From assembly GCA_025594325.1 (NCBI GenBank), contig JANHCV010000002.1, positions 868,001-932,000 on the forward strand: a stretch of DNA of 64,000 bases, written 5' to 3'. This DNA comes from Blastocladiella emersonii ATCC 22665. Lineage: Eukaryota; Fungi; Blastocladiomycota. Positions 1 to 11,212 of the stretch are shown piece by piece. Position 1 is the first letter of the stretch, and each line of letters starts with the position of its first letter. Below the pieces are notes generated by a model. It worked only from the letters and a program-made list of their open reading frames with translations. It was not told the origin of the DNA and made no database searches. The position numbers and the translations under genes are program-made.

Positions 1-329
1 GCGGACGCGGGGCAGCGGGCGCACGCCTGTGCTGTGCTGTGTCGTCCGCGGGCCATGCGGCCAAGACCCAGCCCAACCGCAGCCGCCTGGGAGACAGGCC
101 TGCGTGACTCGGACCCGCGCGTCTCCCACGCCCAGCCCGCGGCTGCCTGTCTCGCACGCACGCGCGCACGCGTGTCTCGGCTTCGTCTTCGTCGGCACCG
201 TGTATCCCGCGACACGCGACGCGTCTCTCCCCTCTCCCCTCTCCCTCCTCGCGCCTGCGCGACCGCACCACCGCGTGTATCTCACCCGCCCACCCCCTCG
301 ATCCCGCCATGTAGCGACCCGCAGCGATC

Positions 330-448
330 ATGGGCACGTCGCACCGCGGCCAACCGCCCGCTGGCCTGCCGCTGCCCCCGCCGCCGCAGCACCAGCAACA
401 CGCGCTGCCCCCGCCGCCGCAGCACCAGCAACACGCGCAGCACTACGC

Positions 449-482
<34 letters not shown>

Positions 483-3400
483 CCCGCCATGTACGGCCCG
501 CCCGGCTCCGCTCCTCCGCGCGGCCCGCCTCCGGGCCCGCCGCCGCACTACCATCACCACCAGCAGCCGCCGCCGCAGCAGTACGCGGGCCATCCTCACG
601 CGCAGCAGCAGCACCATGCCCACGCGCAACAGCAGCAGCAGCAGTACGCGTCGTACCCGAACCAGCAGCCGCCCGCCCACCACGGCCACCCGCACGCGCA
701 CCAGGCTCCGCCGCCGCCGAGCCACGATCAGCAGCCTGCGCACAGCGCGTACCACCAACCGCCGCCGCAGCACCCGCACTACGCCCAGCAGCAGCAGCAG
801 CAGCAGCAGCAGGCACCGCCCCCGCCTCAGCAGCAGCAACACTACGCTCAACCGCCGCCTCAGCAGTACCCGCCGCCGCCGCCGCCGCCGCCGCCGCCCG
901 GCGCACACCAGGGCTACCCGCCGCACCAACAACAGCAGCAGCAGGCGCAGGCCCAGTACCGCCATCACCACGCGCAGCAGCAGCACCAGTACGCGCAGTC
1001 GCAGGGGCAGCAGCAACCGCTCCCGCCGCCACCCGCTCCGAGTTCGGCTGGTGCTCCTCCGCCTGCTGCTCGCGGCGCCCAGCCCGGCGGCACGCCCATG
1101 CCGCCGCCGCCGTACCCGCACCACGCGCAGCATCCGCACCACCACCACCAGCAGCAGCAGCAGCAGCAGCGTTACGACGACCCGCCTCCGCCCCCGCCCG
1201 CGAGCGCCGCGCACTACGCGCCCAACGCCATCACGTCGCCGCAGAGCCACGCCGGCGTCCCGCCGCACGGATCGCCCCCGGGCCCGCCCCAGCAGGCACC
1301 CGGAGGCTACCCGCCGCACCCGCACCACCTTCATCCGCAGCAGCAAGCGCCGCCGCCGCAGCAGCACCAGGGCCTACCGCCCCAGCAGCAGCATCCCGGC
1401 TACGCGCCGCCGCAGCAGCAGCAGCCGCAGCACGCGTACCCCGGCCAGCAGGGCCCCTCGCAGCACCGCACCGGCGGCAGCTCGGTCCCGCCCCCGCCCG
1501 CGTCCGCTGCGCCGCCCGGATACCCGTCGGCCGGTCCGCACCCGCAGCAGCAGCACCCGCATCACGGCCATTACCATCACCACCCGCAGCAGCAGCAGCA
1601 ACACCAGCGCGCAAGTACCGGCCCGCACCCGGCGGCCGCTGGAACTGCGCCGACGCCGCGCGGCAACACGCCCGCCTCGGCTGCCGCAGCGGCTGCTTCG
1701 GGCCCCGCTCCCGCGCCCATCATGCGCGTCGCGCCGCCGCGGTCCGGCCAGACCCACGTCCCGCCGCAGGCTCTCGCCGATCCGCGGTCCGGCTCGCCGC
1801 CCGGGTACCAGGGCCACGCCCAGCAGCAGCAACAGCAACAGCAGCAGCAGATGATGATGATGCGCCGTGGCTCGTCGCCCACGCGCCCGCACCAGCAGCA
1901 GCACGCGCAGGGTCCCCCGCCGCAGCAGCCACCTGCTCCCGCGGCGCCCGTGCCCGGCCAGATGCCCCCGCCGGCTGCTCCCGCGCCCGCGGGCCCGCCG
2001 CACCATCTGCACCCGCAGCAGCAGCCCATGGACGTGGACGCGGCGCCCGCGCCTGGCCGTGCGCCGATCCAGCGCCCCGTGCCCGGTGCCACTACGGCGC
2101 TCCCGCCCGCGACCGCCGAGACCGTGTCCCGCCTCGCCATGGTGACCGAGTCGTGTTACATGACCATTGGTGCGTTCCTCCCGCTCCGTGCATCACACGC
2201 CGTCACAGAACTGACCCATTCGCATTCCGCCGACGTAGCCGACATCGCCGAGTCCATGAACGACCTCGACCGCGCGCAGGCCGTGTACGAGGAGATCCTG
2301 CGCCGCACGCCGCAGCACGTCGACGCGCTGACGCGGCTCGCGGGCGTGTACCGCGCGCGCGACATGGTCGACGCGGCCGTCGAGTGTCTCGAGCGCGCCG
2401 TGTCCCTCGACGCGGCGGCCGGCGACGCGCACGCGGCGCTCGGGCACTGCTACCTGATGCGCGAGGACCTCGACCGCGCATTTGCCGCGTACCAGGCGGC
2501 GCTCAACCACACGCGCAACCCGAACGACCCGAAGCTGTGGTACGGGATCGGGATCCTGTACGACCGGTGGGGATCGGTCGAGAACGCCGAGGTGGCCTTC
2601 TCGGCGGCGCTCAAGCACCACCACGCGGCCATCGAGGCGGGCGGCGTGCCCGGGTTCGACAACGTCAACGAGATCTACTTCCGACTCGGCATCCTGCACA
2701 AGCAGCAGGGCAAGTGGGACGAGTCGCTCCGGTGCTTTGCCGCGATCCTCCACCACCCGCCCGCGCCGCTCAACGGGCTCGACATCCAGTTCCAGATCGG
2801 CCACTGCTACGAGCAGCAGGGCCGGCTCCCGCTCGCCCGCGACGCGTACGAGCAGATCCTCGCCGCCGACCCGCACCACGCCAAGGCCCTCCAGCAGCTC
2901 GGCTGGCTCCACCACCTCAGCGCCACCGAGTCGGCCACGGCTAACCCGACGGGCGCCCCGGCGGCGGCGGCGGCGACCAACGGGACCGGCGACGCTGCCA
3001 CGGCCACGGGCGAGCCCGCCGGCGCTGCGGCGTCGAACGGGAACGCGGACGACGCGCGCGCGGTGCACCTGCTCGAGCGGGCGGCGGCCGAGGACCCCGA
3101 GGACGCGCAGACGTACTACCTGCTGGGCCGCGTGCACATGGCGCACAAGCGGTACAACCAGGCGCACGAGGCGTACCAGAAGGCCGTGTACCGCGAGCCG
3201 CGCAACCCGAGCTTCTGGTGCTCGATCGGCGTCCTCTACTCGCAGATCCGCCAGGCCCACGACGCACTCGACGCCTACTCGCGCGCCATCCGCCTCAACC
3301 CGCACGTCGCCGAGGTCTGGTACAACCTCGGCACCCTCTACGAGTCGTGCAACAACCAGATGCACGACGCACTCGACGCCTACGAGCGCGCCGCTGGGCT

Positions 3401-3916
3401 CGACCCCAATAACCCGCATATTCAGCAGCGACTCGAGTACGTCTCGGACCTCCTCGCCCGCGGCGGCGCCGCTGCCGCACCTGCGCCCGGTGCTGCGTCC
3501 GCGCAGGCGCTCGGCCAGCCGCCCCAGCAGCACGAGGCGCCGCCGGCGTCGTCGGCGCCCGCGCCCGAGCTGCCCCGCGCCCCGCAGCAGCAGCAGCAGC
3601 AGCAGCAGAAGCAGGGTCCGCCGGCTGCCCGCCCCGCGCCCGCGCAGCGCCGCACCACGCCGCCCGTCGTCGTCACCTCGCCCGCCGCGCCGGCCGTCCA
3701 GCCGCCTGCCCCGGTCCCCGCACCGGCCCAGCGCGCGGCCGCGCAGAAGCGCCAGCGCACGCCGTCGGTCCCCGCGCAGCCGAGTCCTGCCGCGCACGCC
3801 CCGCTGCCACCGCCGCCCGCCGCCCAGCAGCAGCAGCCGGTACCGCGCCCCGCAGTCGTCTCGCCGAAGCGCGCGCCGATCCCTGCGCCGCCGCAGCAGC
3901 CGACGCCCGACGTGAC

Positions 3917-3954
<38 letters not shown>

Positions 3955-4697
3955 CCCCGTCGCCTGCTCGCGCGTCGGCTCCGCGCGTGCCCGCGCCCGT
4001 GGTCCCCATCGCGATCCCGCCGCCGACGGCTGGGATCGTCCTGCACCGCGCGCTCGACAACGACTATGACGACGACGAGGAGGAGGCCGTCGCGCCCGCG
4101 CAGGTGCCCGCGCCTGCGCCGCCGGCGAGCAACGGCCAGGTTAAGGCGCCCGAGCCTGCCGAGCCCCCGCGCGGCCGCGCGTCGCCCGTCCGTTCCGACC
4201 CTGCACCTGCCGTCGTGCCCGCGCCGTCCGAAGCTACCGACGCGGCGGCGTCGGCCTCGCGCAAGCGCGCCGCGAGCCGGTCGCCAACGCGGTCCGACAC
4301 CCAGCCGTCCGCGTCCGCTGAGGCCAAGCCCGCTGCTCCGCCCGCCAAGCGGCGTCGCGAGGGCGACGCGACCGACGCGGTTCCCGATCAGCCGCTTGCG
4401 GCGCCCGCCGTCATGGTCCCCGCGCCCGCGCCCGCGCCCGCTCCTGCTCCCGCGGACGAACGTCCGAGCGAACCTGAGCCCATGGTCGTGGACGCGGCTC
4501 CGGCACCGACGCCAGCACCCGCCGCTGCGGCGTCCAACGGGACCACCGCCGCCGTCGCGGCACCAGCAGCACCAGCACCAGCACCAGCGCCGCCAGCGCC
4601 CGTGGCCACTGAGGAGGCGGGCGAGATGAGCCAGGAGGAGGGCGAGCTGGTCGAGGACGGCGAGCTCTCGCGCGATGATGACGGCCGCGATGTGTAA
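330..4697 (+). CDS. CYC8: General transcriptional co-repressor Cyc8/Ssn6 (TPR protein) with long Gln/Pro/His-rich N-terminus; join(330..2169,2239..4697), about 1432 aa
   Basis: Consecutive TPRs match Ssn6 (ALGHCYLMREDLDRAFAAYQAAL, DPKLWYGIGILYDRWGS, EIYFRLGILHKQQ, FWCSIGVLYSQI, EVWYNLGTLYESCNNQ). Removing a 69-nt GTGCGT...CTGAC...TAG intron (2170-2238) restores TPR1. Confidence 0.95.
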
Positions 4698-4935
4698 CAG
4701 AAGCCTCATTTATTACGTGACAATCGTTCTGAGGGAGGTGCTGGAAGCACGTTCGAGAAGGCGGCGCGCGCCCCGATCGCGGGAGACGCTTATGCGCGAG
4801 CCCCGGGCGGCCATCGGATCGCGACGCGTCGTGCCCGCCCCCGATGCCCGATGCCCGCCGCTGTGCCACCCTTCAAAGCCGGGCCCCGCGCCTTCCTCGC
4901 AATTTCTCTCCCACCACCGCCAGAAACGCTCTCAA

Positions 4936-5886
4936 ATGCAGCCCAACGCCCCGCTCCTCAACGGGAACGCTCCCGCTCCCGAAGCAACCGACCGCAAAAC
5001 CATGGATATCACAAACAACTTGGAGGACCGCCTGCCGCGGGTGTTCGGCGCGCCGCTCATCCGCGTCGTCAACCTCGTCATGCTCATCGCCGTGTTCGTC
5101 GTCAACGGGCTCGCCAACACGACGCTCTACAACGGCGTCCGCACCAACGAGGTGTCGGACGCACTGCCCAACTACTTTGTGCCCGCGGGCTACGCCTTCA
5201 GTACGCCCTCTCTGCTGAGCCTTGCGTAACGTACGGGCTACTAACGCACACTCACAGGTATCTGGGGCATCATCTACATGTTCCTCGCGGCGTGGGGCAT
5301 CTACCAGATCCTGCCGCGGTCGTACGACTCGGCGATGCTCAACGACGCGGTCGGGTGGGTGTTCCCCGTCAACGCGGCGCTCAACATGAGCTGGATCGTG
5401 CTGTGGGCGTACGGCCAGAAGCCCCTGTCGGTGGTCCTGATCACGGCCATCCTCGCCACCAACCTCATCATCTACGCCCGCCTCAAGCTGCGCCACCGCG
5501 GCGCGTCGTGCTCGTGGCTCGAGTACGTCTGCGTGCACGTCGGCTTCTCCTTCTACACGGCCTGGCTCATGGGTGCGTGCCTCGTCAACCTGTGGGCCGT
5601 GTCGTCGGCGCGCACGAGCGATGTGATCCCGCAGACGGTAGCCGGACTCGTCCTGCTCGGCGTCGGCGAGATCTGGCTCGCCCTGTGGGCGCAGGACCCC
5701 ATCATCACGGGCGTCGGCACCTGGACCCTCGTCGCCAACTACGCCGTCAACAAGAACGTCGACGTGCTCGGCCCCGCCGTCCTCGGGCTCGCGGTGATCC
5801 TCGGCGTGTTCACGGCCGGCCTCTGGGCGTTCCGCGGGTTCCGCGTCGTCAAGCGCAAGGAGTACGGATCGCGCATGCCCGCGTAG
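4936..5886 (+). CDS. Multi-pass membrane protein, TspO/MBR-related tryptophan-rich sensory protein type; join(4936..5200,5258..5886), about 297 aa
   Basis: Spliced reading [39 protein letters not shown] followed by several hydrophobic helices. Intron 5201-5257 is GTACGC...CTAAC...CAG. Confidence 0.7.
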
Positions 5887-6099
5887 GAGAGTGTTTCCGA
5901 GAGTCTACATAGAATACCACCTTTTGCTTCGCTGGTTGCTGTCGTGAGACGCGTGCCCGCGAGACGCATCGAGGGACGTGTCGGGAAATCAGCTGACGTG
6001 CATGCGCGACTCATTTCCTCATGCGCCTCGCTGCCTTGAGCCGGAGAGCCTCTAGTTGGCCACATCGTTGCTTCACTCTCTCCTCAGCACCAACGGCTC

Positions 6100-7018
6100 A
6101 TGTATAGCGAATGTAACATGACGCAATTAGCTTGGAAGAGCGTCTCACACATCCTCGAGGAGATTCTCGTCCGCGCCGTCTACTTGCACGAGGATCTCAG
6201 CGATACCTCCATTTTGCATTATGCCCGCGTCTTACGCCACGCTGGCGCTCCCGGCGTTCAGCGCGCTATCCTTGATTGGTTGCCGAGGTTCTCGGTCGAC
6301 GCAGCGTGTGCCGCCGGACGCGTGGATGTCCTTGAACGGCGACTCGAGCTCGGCCTGTCGACGACAGTCACGATGGACGGTCTCGAAGCTGCTGCTCTGG
6401 AGAAGAAGCTTGCAGCCCTCGAGTGGTTTCGTGGGCGAGATGTTCCCCCGGCTGCCGCTCACTGTTTTCATGCGGGCAGCCTTGCTGCGCTGGGGCTAGC
6501 ACCTGGACAGTTTGATCTCGCATCTCCAAGAGCTCCATCTTGATAACTGCCGCATCGGATTCGGCCAGGCCTCCAACTGCTCGCTGCAACTTCCTGCAGC
6601 GCTGCTTACCCCGACAATGTCTCACAACTACTTGAGCGGGCAAGGAATCCGGTCTATTGCGAATGCGCTTCCCTCCACGCTTATCAAGTTCGTTGTCCGC
6701 AGTGCACATCTCAAGGACAGCGATCTTGTTGTCCTTTTGCCCCAGCTACCATCATCGCTACGTGTTCTTGATCTCAGCGGCAACCTCATCGGGTCCAAGG
6801 GCGCTCATCTGCTCGCCCAGCACATGCCAAAGCAACTTGAGCAACTGATCTTGATGCTTCCCAACTTGGAGGACGAGGCAATCATCCTGCTCGCGAGTCA
6901 GCTCCCTGATTCCCTCAAACTTCTCGAGCTTGCTGGCAACACTGTGTCCTCAGCGACGCAGCATCGCGTGAGGGCTCTGGCTCCGCGCGAGGCCTCGATC
7001 TCGTTTGATTTCATTTGA
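6100..7018 (+). pseudogene. Frameshifted, shortened paralogue of the LRR gene at 8505-10159 (helical/ankyrin-like N-terminus plus RI-like LRRs)
   Basis: ORF 6100-6543 aligns with ORF 8505-9026 (ILVRAVYLH/ILVHAVHLH, FSVDAACAAGRVDVLERRL/FTVDAACAAGRVAVLERRL). ORF 6512-7018 has LRRs (LRVLDLSGNLIG, LKLLELAGN). The two frames overlap at about 6500-6540 and no good splice donor was found. Confidence 0.6.
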
Positions 7019-7592
7019 GCTCGCCTCTTTTTGTTTGATTTCCCGTCCCGAGAAAAAAAAACTTTGCTTGTGGTCTTGGTTGATCGTAGAAGCATTTCAG
7101 AATGAGGCCGCGATTATGCACTTGCGCAGGAAGCTGCACAGTCGCACGTGAGTGGCGCGACGCGTCCCGTGCTGTCAGCTAAATGACATTCTGCCGAGCG
7201 CAACAGTGAACGATTGTACGTTTCCAATGAAAAATATGAGTGTGATAAGGGATACTCAAGCAGCATGTTCGACGTGAGCGACGCGAGTGGCGCGTCGCGA
7301 CTTTCTCTTCCTTTTTCACACGAAACGGCGCTCACCCGTATATGGAAGCCAACGACGGCTCCGTTAGTCTGTTGCAACAAGCCGAACCAGCTCAGCACTC
7401 ACGCGTTTTGTCCACCCCCTAGCCATGCCGTCACCTCGCGGACACATTCAACCTCAAACTGTCCCTCGTTTGTCCGCGGAGAGGAACGTGTGAGAAACAA
7501 GCCGGATGCGTCCTTTGTTGGACCACGCGACACAAATTTGACGCGCTCTCGTACTCCGCCGGCCAGCTCCCGTCCGAATGGTTTGAATTAAA

Positions 7593-8300
7593 ATGTCAGC
7601 AGATGCTCCGACTGGCGCTCAGCTGTCCAGCGAGGCCGAGGCCGAAGTTTGCAAGGATGTTCCTGGCTGTGTCATATGCCACGAACCCTACACATACGTG
7701 ATGGTTGCGCTCTACTGCGGGCATGTTTTTCACAGGGAGTGCGTACCGAGCTTTATACCTCGAATAGGACACGTCACTACCGCTGCCACTGCTCACGCGG
7801 CGCAACCCCCGTCTAGATGCGCCGAGCCGTGGCTCAGCACACAACCTCGGTGTCCAACATGTCGCAACCCAGATGTCCGTCTCATCCGCATCTTCATCGA
7901 TGGTCCCGCACCTGGCGCCGAGTTCGAGACCATGCGACGTGAGCGGGATGAATCGCGGCGCCAGTTGGAGGAGCTCCGGACCGTACACCGGACCGAGCTT
8001 CAAAGACGCGAGCAATTGTATGCAGAGCTGGCCGAACGGAGCCAACGAGAGATCGAAGCGGCCGAGGCCGCTCACGCCTCGACACTTGAACAAGTTCACG
8101 CTGATCGTGTGGTCACACCGTCAAGTGACGGGAAACGAGTGGTTTACAAGAAAAAAGATGATTGCAAGCGAAGGAGGTCAATCCAACGTCAAATTGCCGA
8201 CGAACTCATAACGCTGCTCGTCTGTTCGTCAGTGGTTGTCGCGCTCTATTACCTGAGCGCCTTTTACGTGCTCCTAATGTCGGTTGATGCAGCCCTTTGA
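7593..8300 (+). CDS. RING-H2 E3 ubiquitin ligase with coiled coil and C-terminal TM anchor; join(7593..7738,7817..8300), about 209 aa
   Basis: Removing a 78-nt GTGCGT...TAG intron (7739-7816) gives CVIC...CGHVFHRECAEPWL...CPTC. The C-terminal segment LITLLVCSSVVVALYYLSAFYVLLM is hydrophobic. Confidence 0.8.
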   Translation: MSADAPTGAQLSSEAEAEVCKDVPGCVICHEPYTYVMVALYCGHVFHRECVPSFIPRIGHVTTAATAHAAQPPSRCAEPWLSTQPRCPTCRNPDVRLIRIFIDGPAPGAEFETMRRERDESRRQLEELRTVHRTELQRREQLYAELAERSQREIEAAEAAHASTLEQVHADRVVTPSSDGKRVVYKKKDDCKRRRSIQRQIADELITLLVCSSVVVALYYLSAFYVLLMSVDAAL

Positions 8301-8504
8301 ATTTTACGCATGAGTCTGTATGGTTTATCAAAACCCTGCTTTTGTCCGCTCGCGACGGAGACAGCGTGTGAGACGCGCCGCGATATCAGGTGATGCGCGG
8401 CTGATCACCGCGGCCCAGCGGTCGCGCGACCTTAGCGAGCGGCAACCGCCCTCCGTCGCCGCTCCCCTGTTGTTCCTCGCCGCTGATGCTAAACGAATGA
8501 AAAC

Positions 8505-10159
8505 ATGATGCAACTCTCTCGGGTCCATATACCACGCGTGCTTGAGCGTATTCTCGTCCACGCCGTCCACTTGCACGACGAGCCCATAGATCTCGCTGGA
8601 CTCTTGCAGTATGCCCGCGTCCTGCGCCACAACGATGCTCCCGGCGTCCAACGAGCTATTCTCGACCGGCATCCTCGCTTCACCGTCGATGCAGCCTGTG
8701 CGGCCGGCCGCGTTGCTGTGCTCGAACGGCGGCTTCGGCTCGGCCTGTCAACCGCGGTCTCCATGTTCGGGCTCACGGAGGCTGCCGAGTGCAAGTGGCT
8801 TGCAGTCTTGGAGTGGTTCCGGGGAAAGGTTCTACCCAAAACAGCAGTTGAATACCTCGACGACGAGTTTCTTGTCGCACTTGGGCTTTATCCAGGCTGC
8901 TACGCCATGAACGGCCAAGGCGATGACGAAACTGTACGGATATCCCTGTTTAAATACGCACGAACTGGCCCATTCACCCATGGATGTTTGCACGATAGCC
9001 ATCCGTCGATTTTTCCGCCCTGGTAGATGGTCGCACAAACGCGCTCACGCTACGCAAACAGGTCATTGACATGGACGGAATCCGCCGTCTAAACCATGCG
9101 TTTGCCAGCCCCGGCCAGCAGCTCACCTCGCTCGAAATCATGGGTTCCACGCTTGACATGAGCCGCTTTGCGTCGCTCCAACTGCCAGCAACGCTCGAGA
9201 CTTTTCGCGTTCATGCCTTTTGGTTCGAAGACATGCACGCGAACAGCTTGCTGGACGGTTGGACATGGCCGCCCAACCTCCAAACGCTCTCGTTCACATA
9301 CAGCACGTTGGAACCTGAATCGCTCGCAATGCTTCTCCGCGGCCTTCCAGAACACCTTCACTTGCTGACCCTGCACGCTTGCCGCTTTGGTGGCGCCGAT
9401 ATCGAACCGGTCCTTCGAATCCTCCCGCCCAAGCTCAACACCCTCGACTTATCGGGCAACGAGCTCTATTGGCACTCCCTCGAGTCTGTGGCTGCTCACC
9501 TGCCTTCTGGCCTTCAGCGACTCGTCATGTATGATAACGAGTTTGGAGGGCCAGACCCGACTGATCCCGAGACTTGGGTGCATCGCAGCGGCCAGGACTC
9601 GATCAATCAAGGGCGCAGCCTGATTTCTCGTGCTTTGGGCCACACGGCGGCGCAGGACTTTGTTGAACAGATCAAGGAACTTCGGGCTAGCAGCAATCCT
9701 TTGAGCCGCGGGACAGGTTCGCCGCTCCATTCGCAGCGATTCCCAAAATCTTTGACCGACCTGGACGTTTCCCTCAATTCGCTCACTGACGGCGCGTTCT
9801 TGAACTTTACCACGTTGATTCCCGCCACGATCACCAATCTCACTGCTCAGTTTTCGGCCCTGGGCCCAGATTCGCTGGCAGTTCTGCTCGCACGGCTCCC
9901 AAACGCCTTGACCTTCCTCGACCTGAGCTACAACCGGCTTGAATCGCTTGGTGCTGTCGCGCTTGCCGAGCTCATGCCTCCGCAATTGCGTGATCTCAAG
10001 TTGTGTGGCGTCAACTTCACAGACAACGATGTGAGGCTCATCATGCCTCGACTTCCTCAGTCCCTTGAGACGCTCGCGCTTGCCGGCAACCCAATCTCGG
10101 AGGAGTTGAAGCAGGAACTCCCGGCTCTCGTTTCGCCCAACGTTACGATCGAGCGTTGA
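8505..10159 (+). CDS. Helical/ankyrin-like N-terminus fused to ribonuclease-inhibitor-like LRRs; probable join(8505..8933,9062..10159), about 508 aa
   Basis: Repeated LxxLDLSxN motifs (LNTLDLSGNEL, LTDLDVSLNSL, LTFLDLSYNRL, LETLALAGN). A phase-0 GTACGG...CAG intron (8934-9061) joins the two ORFs; the junction is inferred. Confidence 0.7.
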
Positions 10160-10419
10160 TGCTTACACATGGGAGGCCAAATGGACGCGTAACTCCCAAT
10201 GTTTCGATTGAATATATATACACATTGTTTGAACCTACTTCTAGCCTCCTCACTGTCGGAAACAACACTTGACGAGATGTGCTTGCACACATCGTGTTTC
10301 AGGTGAGTGGCGCAACGCGTCGTCAGTCATCTCCCCCTCGCTCGCCTCATACCCTTTGCTGATACTCGAAAAGGCGTAGTCTATCAGGATAACATATAGA
10401 ATTAACATTAAAACATCAA

Positions 10420-11083
10420 CCGCGTGCCCGCCCGCACCCGCCGCGGCGGCGCCGCCCTCGGCCTCGCCCGTGACCTCGGCGGCCGTCGGGTCGAGCCGCA
10501 TCTGCGTGAGCCCGTCGCTGAGCGAATGCCGGCAGATCGGGCACTTGGCGTTGGCCGACTCCTTGAGCTGGTTGCCGCACGGTAGACAATAGATGTGGGC
10601 GCACGCGGTAATGGCAAAATCCGAGGTAATCGAGTCGAGACAAACTGGGCACGTCTGTTCTTCCGCCCGTTGAACTGCATCGAGCACCGTCTCCATGAAC
10701 GTGTGCGCCGACCGCACCTCGCGCAGCTCCATGGTCTGGCGGATCACCTGGTTGCGGTACATGTTCACGTCGTCGACGTGCGCGCGCAGCGTGTGCCGGT
10801 CCTCGGCGGGGATGTCGTTGACGAGCTGCGCCTGCTGCGCCGCCGTCAGCACGCCCTGCGACTGCGCGACCGCCTCGGCCATGCCCTGGGGCAGGTCCTC
10901 GGGCCGCAGGCCGAGCGACAGCACCCACCGCCGCGCGGGCGGGTGCTTGACCAGCATGGTTGCGAGCAGCGACCGCGCCTGCACCAGCTCGACCGTCGAC
11001 TGGTCAATGTCCCGTTGCAGCCGCTCCATGCGGTCGCGCCGCGCCGCCGCCTGCGCCAGGGCGAGCTCGGTCGGAGTGAGCGT
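10420..11083 (-). pseudogene. Duplicated internal fragment of the SNF2-RING gene (copy of 35703-36492 minus a 126-bp in-frame deletion)
   Basis: Reverse complement matches 35703-35756 joined to 35883-36492, with three substitutions seen. No ATPase motifs and no native 5' or 3' end. Confidence 0.9.
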
Positions 11084-11212
11084 CGGCGTTCGTGCAGAAG
11101 AGTGAACGAGCGAACATCAAACCTCAACATCACGCATTTCGCGACAACCACGCCGTCCGGGATCGCAGAACACGTGTTGTGCTGCTGCTATATACATACG
11201 TAGTCTGCTCTC

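Noticed and set aside
330-2030. CAG/CCG runs as a special repeat system
   Set aside because: They are ordinary polyQ/polyP coding tracts of Cyc8.
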